Part shown: positions 9,707-18,925 of the stretch, piece by piece
Layout of the letters: every line of letters begins with the position of its first letter
How positions within the stretch are numbered: position 1 is the first letter of the stretch
Assembly (NCBI GenBank): GCA_018398765.1
Contig: JAHBMJ010000377.1
Span: 109,754-129,753 of the forward strand
Source of the DNA: Chromera velia
Taxonomy: Eukaryota
Direction: 5' to 3'
DNA length: 20,000 nt
The notes under the pieces: generated by a model
What the model was told of the DNA's origin: nothing
Database searches by the model: none
What the model saw: the letters and a program-made list of their open reading frames with translations, nothing else
Program-made: the position numbers and the translations under genes

Positions 9707-12240
9707 AAGGAACCCTTAATCGACGCACGTACGCTGTGAATACCAGACAGACGATTGATCCTCCAGATCGTCCTGCCACGACTTCAAAAAAAAAGGGGGA
9801 GAGAAGGCAAAAAGAGAGACGTCAATCCAACGAAGACAGCTAGACCATGCATGCTTCATTCCTCGACAGATTGACCGACCGACCGACCAACTGCATAGTC
9901 CTCTCCACGCAGACGAACCAGCAAGCACACAGGCGGAAAGTCAGACCAGAAAAAGTAAGCAGAATCCCGAGCAAGGAAGGGGAAGGAATCGAAAAGAAGC
10001 CTGTCACCACAAAAACAGACGACTAACCTCCGAAGTGAGACCTCAAAGCAAGCAGCACATCCGATCCAGACTTGTCGGACATCCCTGCAACACAACGCAA
10101 AGCAATGCCGTACAGCGACACACATGGGATGCATTTTAGTATACTGAATTATGAAGGAGTAACACAAACCTGCAAGGCCATGACATACAAATGGGAATTC
10201 GGATTCATGCAGATCGATCGATCGATCGATCGTTCATTCATTCATTCATTCATTCATTCATTCGAGGAGAATTAACTTTAAAAAAAAAAAAAAAACGAGG
10301 ACCTGCATGTCCGTCCCGCTGTGGTCGGACAACCCGTTCCCTTGACCGTCAGTCTGTATGGTCCGCTTGAAAAATTCACTCAGTCGCACAACAAAGTGAG
10401 CAAAATGGACAGACATCGATGGAATGATCGGCCCAGCTGTCCAGAAACAGCAAGAGAGAAAGAACACGCGAGAAAGGAAGGAAGGAACAGATTCAGGGAA
10501 TACATCTATTCTTCTCTGTGTGTCTCTCTCTCTTCCGATACAGAATCGAGTTGGTTGCCGTCCTCCCTCAAGCCTCCCTTCCCTCTTCTCCACCACCAGA
10601 AGGCACGGAGGCAGGCAGAATGAGTTCAGCTTTGTTGTAAATACATCTCTCCTGCTTATAATGCCTATGAATCCATCTGCCCGCACGTCAACTTCCTCAA
10701 TTCGGTTCCATGCACCCATGAATGCGGTCAGACGAATCGATCGATGGTTCATTCAAACTTTCCCCTTCGTCTTCATTCCTGATTGACCCAATCCATCCAA
10801 TCCACTCACTCATCCCCTCGTCTTCATTCCTGATTGACCCAATTCATCCAATGCACTCACTCATCCCCTCGTCTTCATTCCTGATTGACCCAATCCATCC
10901 AATCCACTCACTCATCCCCTCGTCTTCATTCCTGATTGACCCAATCCATCCAATCCACTCACTCATCCCCTCGTCTTCATTCCTGATTGACCCAATCCAT
11001 CCAAGCACTCACTCATCAGACAGCCAACCATCAATCAACCCAAACACACCCACGGCACTCCAATCACATCACGGCCTCGTGAGGAGTCCACAGAAAGACA
11101 CAGCAGCAGAGAGAGAGAGAAAGAGAGACCCCAGAAGGCCTCTGCACTGACCCATGTCGATGACTGCTGTCTTCTGTCCTGCCTGGTTTGCCTGCTGGTG
11201 ACTGCCAAGGTTTCGTGTGGTCTCCACGCCCCCCATGTCGAAGAAGTACTCCTCTCCGTTCACAACCACGGAGGTGTGGTAGGCCTGAAAGGGAGGGATT
11301 CCTCCTGCAGGCACTCATCAACCAACAGCACTGCATATATAGGAGGTGTGGTAGGCCTGAAAGGGAGGGATTCCTCCCGCAGGCACTCATCAACCAACAG
11401 CACTGCATATATAGGAGGTGTGGTAGGCCTGAAAGGGAGGGATTCCTCCTGCAGGCACTCATCAACCAACAGCACTGCATATATAGGAGGTGTGGTAGGC
11501 CTGAAAGGGAGGGATTCCTCCTGCATACACTCATCAACCAACAGCACTGCATATATAGGAGGTGTGGTAGGCCTGAAAGGGAGGGATTCCTCCTGCAGGC
11601 ACTCACCAACCAACAGCACTGCATATATAGGAGGTGTGGTAGGCCTGAAAGGGAGGGATTCCTCCTGCATACACTCATCAACCAACAGCACTGCATATAT
11701 AGGAGGTGTGGTAGGCCTGAAAGGGAGGGATTCCTCCTGCAGGCACTCATCAACCAACAGCACTGCATATATAAGATGTGTGGTAGGCCTGAAAGGGAGG
11801 GATTCCTCCTGCAGGCACTCATCAACCAACAGCACTGCATATATAGGAGGTGTGGTAGGCCTGAAAGGGAGGGATTCCTCCTGCAGGCACTCATCAACCA
11901 ACAGCACTGAAAGGATAAGATCGCACAATGTTCTCATTTCACCATGAGGCAAACACCCGGGCATGGGGGCATCAATGGAATAGGCAAAGAGTCTGGGGGC
12001 AAAGAGTTGAGTCGAAAGTTGGCGTACGCGAAGGCATTCGGAGACGGCAAGAAGCATAGATGCAACGACAGAGAGCGTGTGCTAACCGAGGACAGTTGCG
12101 GCCAGCTGGACTTTGTTCTTGGCCTTAGCAGGGTCGATGATTCTTCCTGTACTCCCGCTCTTCGCAGGGGGGGAGGCAGAGGATTGGGAGGGGCCTGCTG
12201 GGGCTCCCTGCGGAGCCTCACTCGTTTGGTTTGCTCCCAT
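6762..12240 (-). CDS. PPPDE/DeSI-family (DUF862, peptidase C97) deubiquitinase/deSUMOylase-like gene, 6 exons, 230 aa
   Basis: Exons 12240-12087, 11304-11152, 10084-10028, 9399-9312, 7382-7274 and 6893-6762 are all GT-AG and phase-consistent, totalling 693 nt. They encode the catalytic motifs AYHTSVVVNGEEYFF (His) and SYDLVRKNCNSFSD (Cys). Confidence 0.9.
6881..7020. repeat. 40-bp direct duplication (6881-6920 / 6981-7020) of the last 3' splice site
   Basis: caccgtcaattacctgcaaggggcggcgagagagcgggag versus caccgtcaattacctgcaagggcgggcgagagagcgggag, exactly 100 bp apart. Confidence 0.93.
7274..7382 (-). CDS. PPPDE peptidase exon 5 (RYKQLERMGAANPGLLAQVTGGEYKPNPKAEGFDIEK)
   Basis: Within ORF 7184..7396. 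Acceptor gcatgcag, donor AAG|GTGGGT, 109 nt. Confidence 0.82.
7939..8189. repeat. Intronic minisatellite, 66-bp unit, about 3.8 copies, ending at an N (8190)
   Basis: Unit gcgcatgcatgtacagatgtatgcatgtgtttgcctgtgtgtgttttggttgttcagtgcaggact starts at 7939, 8005, 8071 and 8137. Confidence 0.95.
8191..8283. repeat. (CAGA)n/(GAAA)n microsatellite
   Basis: Directly visible. Confidence 0.95.
8981..9105. repeat. (GACA)n/(GAAA)n/(GGAA)n compound microsatellite
   Basis: Directly visible. Confidence 0.93.
9312..9399 (-). CDS. PPPDE peptidase exon 4 (EGSYDLVRKNCNSFSDCALFYLLGKRLDG), catalytic Cys
   Basis: Acceptor gcatgcatgcag, donor AG|GTGTGT, 88 nt, contains the NCN motif. Confidence 0.9.
9667..9702. 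repeat. (AC)n microsatellite
   Basis: Directly visible. Confidence 0.95.
10028..10084 (-). CDS. PPPDE peptidase exon 3 (GMSDKSGSDVLLALRSHFG)
   Basis: Acceptor tgttgcag, donor G|GTTAGT, 57 nt, phase 1/1. Fills the expected segment between IDMG and SYDL. Confidence 0.82.
10763..11017. repeat. Intronic minisatellite, 51-bp unit, 5 copies
   Basis: Unit cccctcgtcttcattcctgattgacccaatccatccaatccactcactcat starts at 10763, 10814, 10865, 10916 and 10967. Confidence 0.95.
11152..11304 (-). CDS. PPPDE peptidase exon 2 (GGIPPFQAYHTSVVVNGEEYFFDMGGV...VIDM), catalytic His
   Basis: Within ORF 11069..11314. Acceptor cctgcag, donor G|GTCAGT, 153 nt. Confidence 0.88.
11270..11909. repeat. Minisatellite, 72-bp unit, about 8.9 copies, overlapping the intron 1/exon 2 junction of the peptidase gene
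   Basis: Unit ggaggtgtggtaggcctgaaagggagggattcctcctgcaggcactcatcaaccaacagcactgcatatata starts at 11270, 11342 ... 11846, with few substitutions. Confidence 0.97.
12087..12240 (-). CDS. PPPDE peptidase exon 1 (MGANQTSE...KNKVQLAATVL)
   Basis: ATG at 12240, 154 nt, donor G|GTTAGC in phase 1. Absent from the supplied ORF track in this frame. Confidence 0.8.
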
Positions 12241-13509
12241 CTTCCCTTCCACCAGTTCTCTTTCCGAAATCTGTCGTTCTGCAAAAGGCGTACCAGAAGT
12301 GAAAACTGATCCTCAGTTAAACAGACTTTTGGGGTTGTTGCTGGGCTTGAAGAGGTTTGAATGTAGGTTGGGAATGTTGTGGAAGTTTGCATGCATGGAT
12401 TGTTGCTGTGTTGGGCAATGTTGGGCATCGAAGAGCTATAGAGCTTTAGGACACACACAAAATTTTTTGTCAAGTCTTCTGCAATCTTCTGCATGCGTGT
12501 GCATGCTCACACCATGCTCCCTCTCCTCTGTCCCTCACCCTGACCATCCCCTCTCTTCTCCAAGTCCCCATCGTCCGATCAACTCTGTCAGACAACTTCC
12601 CCAACTTCCTTAAAGTGTCCCGAGAGTGTCCTTAGTCGACTGTTGGGACGGTGAAGGGAACTTGTCCGGTTTCGGGGTGGTTTGGGGAAGTTGCGTTCTC
12701 GGGCTGTTGCTCGGCGCGTCAAACTGGACTCTGGTGGAACCTCGATCGCCCCTTAAAGTCAGTCACGCAGAGGAACCTTCGACACACCTTTGCTGGAGAT
12801 CGAAAGACTCACCTGTGTGCAGATTTTGAGGACAGGGGATGAACGTTTCGGTCAACTGGGGGCCCTGGAGGGAGACGGTGGTGCAACAGTGAAAGTGTAT
12901 CCACTAGACCGATGAAGGGTGATCGGTCCTTTGCTAGGGTCCTTTGCTGAAGTCATCACCTGATCATGCACAGAGGGACTGCATCCTAGTCAGCATACTG
13001 TCCTGTGTGCAGGTTGGGAGTTGATTTCAACCGCTGTGAATCCAGAATAAAATTTGTCTCCATCTTTTTGCTGCAGCAGAAAACGTGAGAGAGAAGAAGC
13101 CGCTTCCCTTCGTAAGTCTTCGGTAGTCTTTGGGTGCATCGACCCGTTTTGTGTTCAAGAAAATGATGTGCTCTCATCAGGAGCATTTTTTGTTTTGTCT
13201 CCTCAGCGTTGTGAATTCAGTGTGTCTTACCACGTGAGCCCGTCCATCCATCTGTTTTGAATTCTTTCCGTTTTTTCCCGTTGTCCACAAGTACCCGTGC
13301 CTAACCTCTTCCCTCTCGAGTTCAAACAGCGGCCGTGTTCCAACATAATCAGTGACACCAGAACTCCCGCATGATTAGGCACTGAGGCCCGCGATCCGCC
13401 CGCGATCTCGGCACTTCAACTCTCTCGTCTTTGAGATGATGATGAGAGTTGCAGCTAGAGGGTCTTTTCACTTCTTTCACTGCCCGAGTAATTGTGTGTG
13501 AGTCCTTTA

Positions 13510-13544
13510 TGTGTGTGTGTGTGTATGTGTATGTGTGTGTGTGT

Positions 13545-13577
<33 letters not shown>
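13510..13577. repeat. (TG)n microsatellite
   Basis: Directly visible. Confidence 0.95.
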
Positions 13578-14096
13578 AAGACGCTAGGGACGTTGCTCTC
13601 CCAATCTGTTGCCTCCAGCCGTTTGGCTTATTCCGTTTGGTGAATTGAAATAAAAGGTTTGACTTCCAACTGCATTCATCCGCATATGGACTTTCTGCAG
13701 CTGCGTTCCCCATTGATGGGAGGTCCCGAATTGGGCACAGGGGGGACCATCCCCGGTAGGTGTATGTCCTCTCTGGGGGGTGTCTGTTTGTATGCGTCCT
13801 GTTTTGTCATGTTTTGTCCATCTTCTTTTCTCAGCCGCACAGGCATTCTGGCATTTCTCAAAGCTCACGAGATTCCTTCTGGTACGGTAACCTTCTATTT
13901 GAGACCTGGAAGACAAGAAAGAAGAAGAGAGACACAAAGAAGAAAGGTTTTTCCTGCTTAAGCCCTGAAAGAGAAAACAGAAGAAGAAAAGAAAAGAAAA
14001 GTCTTTTCTGTGTGCGTCCTGGGCTTTCACGATCCTGTCCGTCATCTCTCTCTCTCTCTCTCCCCCTCTCTCTGTGCGGTTGGGTGTGCGTGTCTT

Positions 14097-14117
14097 TGTG
14101 TGTGGTGTGTGTGTGGT

Positions 14118-14163
<46 letters not shown>

Positions 14164-14341
14164 GTGTGTGTGGTGTGTGTGTTCGTGTGTGTGTGGTGGT
14201 GTGTGTATGTGTGTGTGTGTGTATGTGTTCTTGTGTGTGTGTTCTTGTGTGTGTGTATGTGTGTGTGTTCTTGTGTGTGTGTGTGTGTGTGTGCGTGTGT
14301 ATGTGTGTATGTGTGTGTGTGTGTATGTGTGTGTGTGTGTG
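14097..14341. repeat. Imperfect (TG)n microsatellite
   Basis: Directly visible. Confidence 0.95.
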
Positions 14342-16271
14342 GACTGAACACAGTGGTATTCGTATGGTTCTCAAAAGTTGGTGAACAGAGAGAGGAGAAG
14401 TGCGCTTCCGACCTGAGTAAGGTTACATCGCTGATTTCAAAGGTAGGTGGCGGCCTCAACAAATTGCAAATCAAGAATACTGGCAGGGCCTGTGGTCCTA
14501 CCCCAACAGCCCCCTCACCCATCCACCCACCACTCAAGCAAACCACAGCCCTTCGTTAACCGATCGGTCAGTACCCACCACATACGAACAACGGTTGCCA
14601 ATCGAGAAGAGTCACTTCAGGGGTATTGTCCCTCTTGGCCTCGACAGTTGCATGGGTCCTCTGGGCATAGCCTCTAGGGCGCAGTCCCCGTCTCCCGGCC
14701 CTATTGTCTGGCACTTAGAAAAGGTGCGTACAGTATTCTGATGAAAGTGCTGCTTATTGCGAGAAGCCCTGCAGCCAGTTTTTATCTTGCAAATTAAAAA
14801 AAAGTTTTGCATATTGGCAGGGCCTGTGGTATTTGAAAATAAAGGGAGGGGGGGTAGACATCCCATGGCCAGAGGCAATGTCCGAGGGGGCAGATTCACA
14901 GTGCCTTCAGCCATGTGTTGTAGGCACATCCGTCCATCGGAATGTCTATCTGCCGCAGTGGGAAGGATCAGTCAGATAGTGAGAAGAAGGGGAACGGGAA
15001 GGAGAAGCATAGACGGCAGCAACCCGTCGGAGTCCATCCTGGGGGCTGCAAGGAGACTGCATGCTTTAACAGAGGTCCTCGTGCTAATCGAAGTCCTGCA
15101 GGCTTGACCTGTTTCTTTCCTGTCTGCTTTAGGATTGGCAGGGATAATATGAAGCATGTTTGCTCGTTCGTCGTGTTGAATGGAGTGACTCTGCTTTTAC
15201 CGTGTCTGCCTGACTGTCCTAGCTGTATGTCTAAAAGCCCATCTCCTTCCCAATCTGCAGGCCCCTTGAGGGTCCCTCTCTGGGGGAATCTGCCCGGCGC
15301 TTTGCCTTTGGAAAGGCGACAGGGCTCATCTACGCACTCTCAAAGTCAGTCAAGCAAGCAGGCAGGCTGACACAAAAAGAAAGAAAGAAAGAACAGTTAA
15401 GTCATGACGCACGTCTAAGAGGGGCATGTCCACCTTGGAGGCATTCGGGCTCCCTATGTCCCTTCCTCCGTCCCTGCAATTCCCCCCCCCTCTCTCTGTC
15501 TCTCTTCCCCCCCCCCCAACCCCCTTTCTCATACACAAACGATGTAGCTTGACGGTATGCGAATCTGCATGTGTCTGTGTTTTCATTGTGTATCTTTCCT
15601 TCCTTCGATCCCTCTCGCTCGATCCGACTGACTGATCCATCCATCCATCCATCGCAGGAGTTTAATTTTTTTCGCTGGCAAGACCAATCCGAGGGACCTA
15701 GGCTTGCACGATCTGCAGAGAGTAGAGAAATCAATGCAAAAGTTTGCAGAGTCAGTCAGTAATTCAGTGGTTCAAAAGCCAATTTAATTATCTTCTTTTG
15801 CTTCTATGGACGATTTTCTTTTTTTGCTCTCTTCCAAAAAGCTCCCGTACTTGTTTTCACAAGAAAAAGTGTAAGGTCTCAAGAGAGAGAAAGCCAACGT
15901 TCCTCAATAACATGTGCAGAAAGGTCATGAATGGACCAACACGATGAGTTACCCTTCTTCTGTGATGCGCCACTTGCACAATGCGCTCTTACGGAATTGT
16001 GTTGTTGGGTTTTATCATAATTTTTATAGAAAAATTGGCCTCCCTCGAAATTGATTGTTTCAATCTCTCTTTCTCCCTCTCTCTCTGCCTCCCTCCCTCC
16101 CTCGCTTCCTCAGCATTTCGCAAAAGCGCATTGAGAATGGACCGGACCACGATGACATCGCGGTTCTGAAGGAACTCAGAGCATAATTTCTGCAAATGCA
16201 AAAGTGAGTCAGTCGATCAGAAGGTAAACTGTACAGGAATTTCTCTCTTTCTCTCTCTATTTCTCTCTCGG

Positions 16272-16505
16272 NNNNNNNNNNNNNNNNNNNNNNNNNNNNN
16301 NNNNNNNNNNNNNNNNNNNNNNNNNNNNNNNNNNNNNNNNNNNNNNNNNNNNNNNNNNNNNNNNNNNNNNNNNNNNNNNNNNNNNNNNNNNNNNNNNNNN
16401 NNNNNNNNNNNNNNNNNNNNNNNNNNNNNNNNNNNNNNNNNNNNNNNNNNNNNNNNNNNNNNNNNNNNNNNNNNNNNNNNNNNNNNNNNNNNNNNNNNNN
16501 NNNNN
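16272..16505. other. Assembly gap (N run) followed by a poly-G run
   Basis: Directly visible. Confidence 0.99.
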
Positions 16506-17179
16506 GGGGGGGGGGGGGGGATTCTAAATGTCCGGCTGGCTACTTCTTTGTCTGATGTTTCTGTTGGTGACTATCGACTGACCTTTTTATTTTTTCTTCG
16601 TTCTAAGACTCCCTGACTAACTCCGCATGTCTGCCATTCTGTCTGCATACCTGCTTTCCATGTGCTACTATGCGTGATTGTCTTCCTTGTGGTGTCCCCC
16701 TACGTGCCTGCAGGTTGCTGCAGGTTGCAGGGGCAGCGCAAGAGGCAATGTCCGAGGAGGCAGATTCCGAGCAGAGTCCCCACTTGCCGACCCCCCTCCC
16801 ATCAATGTGAACCCAAACAGCCCTCAGTCAGGAGGAAATGTCCCTCATACCCAAACAGACTCTCCCTCTCCCCTAGGCCCTGGCAGGAGCCTGAGCTCTG
16901 CCCTTCCCAGTCCTATCCATTCAGTGCACGCATACCCCCTGGGTCTACTAGAGGGGGACCCTCTGCTCCCTCCATAGGTCTGTGCGGCTGCCGAGAATGA
17001 GAACGCCGCCCCGACTCGCCCCGGGGGGCTGCAGAAGTCTCAGCATCGAGTCTCCGTTGGGGGCAGAAACCAAAACCCCACCCCTCCTCACCCCTACCCC
17101 TCCCCCCAACGAGACCTGATGCCTAGCCTCCCCCCGCCCTTCCCNCCCCCCCTGCCCCCGGGGACCTCATCTGGCTAGG

Positions 17180-17548
17180 GGCAGAACTGCTGTGGGCAGC
17201 TGTAAACGCACCTTGCTGGCTTCTGATGGAGGTGAGGGGGAACGGGTATCAGCGGGAGGAACACTTTCCTCCACCTCTCGACCTCCCCATTCACTGATTC
17301 ACACACACATAGAGTGTCACGCTGACATACCTACGCACGATGTTGGCCTGGCATCTTTGAAAAGAGCTGTTCGAGGGGACAGAGTTTGAGGTTGCGCGCG
17401 CTTTGGGGGGGGAGCTGCTTAAGCAGCTGTAACAGCTCCTTTCTGGGTTAGACTCTGGGTTCTGGAGCTTCTGGGGGAGGCGAGAGGGAAGGAGTTTCAG
17501 CGGGAGGAACACTCTCCTACACCTCTCGACCTCCCCCTTCACTGAAGC
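17180..17548. repeat. Diverged direct duplication (core 17250-17297 / 17498-17546)
   Basis: cagcgggaggaacactttcctccacctctcgacctccccattcactga versus cagcgggaggaacactctcctacacctctcgacctcccccttcactga. Weaker similarity extends leftwards (gcagctgtaa, cttctg). Confidence 0.75.
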
Positions 17549-18107
17549 TCCAACACCCCACACCACAAAACTCCACAGCCGAGACAGTTCTACACACCGA
17601 GAGGGGCCCCAAGCAGACCATAACGTTCTTACAGTCGTAGAATACATCAATCGTCATACAGACTCGTCGCGTGTCAACGGGAGTTCTGGGATCATGAGAA
17701 GGAAGGCACGGTGACATGAAGTTTCCAACCTGCAGTTCTGAAGAGACAAGCAACGTCTTGCGGTGGTTCAGGAAAAATACGGGGAGAGCTCTTATATTTT
17801 TTCTGCAAAGGTCTTTTCGTCGGGGTATTTGGGGGGTTGGTCATATAAATGGCTGCGCCGTTGGGTCTATTGGAGAAGAGTGTTGACGAAAAGGAGGAGA
17901 AGCACGGGAGAAGAATACATCGTCATGCGGGAGAACAGTTACTCTTATATTTTTTCTGCGTCAGACTCTTGAGAGCTCTTCCTATATGCTCTCAAGTGAG
18001 TACCACATGTCTTGCCTTATAGTGACATGAATAGTTATTTATTAAGCAAGCTGGAGAGCAGCCAAAAAGATTTCCCCCCTCCACTTCTCAGGTACACATT
18101 GCCGTCC

Positions 18108-18925
18108 TGATTTGATTGATTGATTGATTGATATGTTCCGCCCTAGGGCCTTCCCGCTATGTCTATCTGTCGCCAGAGCTAGCAGGGCGGGGCGTTCCCC
18201 AGCCTAAGCTGAGGTATCAGACCCCACCCTCGGGGCCCGCCAGAGTTTGTTGCCCTGGCCGCTGCTGCATGATTGTTCGTTGTTCGAGCCACGGCTCTGG
18301 ATCCGCGTTGGCTTTCCAGCCTAAAAATCGATCTGAAACGGCATGTGATTTGGGCTTCTTCGCTCTTTTTGTTTGCTTTATCAATCTTCTTCTGCGGCTC
18401 CCTCCTTCCCCACCCTAACGCTCCTTCGGTTGTCTCTAAGTTATCAATTGTCTCCTCATATTCTTTTGTTAGTCTCTCGATCGCCTGCTGCCTTCCGGTG
18501 ATTCCTGCATGTCTGGCCGCCAGAGCGTCTCCCTCTATGTGTCCGTACCATCCTGGACACTCCTCAAACACCCTCCGTCTGAATGACGCCCATTCCAAAA
18601 ACTCATCCACTCCAGCATAACATTCATTCAACAGAAAACAGAAAAGCGTCGAGTTGTCCCTTTTTCCCTCTTCTCTGTTGAGCCTTTCTCTTTCTGTGGC
18701 TGCCTTTCTGGCTCTTTCTTCCATCTTGCTGTCCCATTTCTCTTCTATCTTTCTGAACATCTCTGCTCTCTCTCTGTTAAAAACAGGCTATTCTGTCACC
18801 AGATGGATTTCATCTTCCACTACCTCGATTCCCAACCACCCTCAACAGAACTGGCATATCCTTTTCTGTAACGGCACCTTCTCTCCCCCCCTTACCAGAA
18901 TTTTTCCCTGAGTCGCAGCCACCTG
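18108..18925 (-). mobile_element. Decayed 3' end of a non-LTR retrotransposon (LINE; CR1/L2-like) with ORF2 C-terminal zinc finger and (ATCA)n tail
   Basis: In frame with ORF 18179..18760, the upstream sequence reads KVPLQKRICQFC*GWLGIEVVEDEIHLVTE*PVFNRER. This is the RxCxxC...VEDExH...CP finger of LINE ORF2, with stops at 18844-18842 and 18790-18788. A short 3' UTR ends in (ATCA)n at 18108-18132. No RT domain is visible. Confidence 0.75.

Noticed and set aside
11270..11909. CRISPR-like array
   Set aside because: Units are contiguous and near-identical with no unique spacers, there are no cas genes, and the context is eukaryotic.
11064..12057. Four 240-277 aa ORFs with 24-aa repeats
   Set aside because: By-products of a 72-bp (3n) tandem repeat. 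The real gene frame is the one with a stop in each unit.
11934..12494. 186-aa minus-strand ORF
   Set aside because: Wrong frame. The overlapping frame from ATG 12240 splices correctly into the peptidase.
13317..13330. B-box-like gagttcaaac suggesting a tRNA or SINE
   Set aside because: I could not build a cloverleaf or find an A-box.
13584..14559. His/Thr-rich and Cys/Val-rich ORFs up to 320 aa
   Set aside because: (TG)n microsatellite translations. The unique part (13584-13905) follows an acceptor-like tract but shows no recognisable protein.
17781..17993. Short repeated ctcttatattttttctgc motifs
   Set aside because: Only two short copies plus a partial one, with no element structure. Likely a local duplication.
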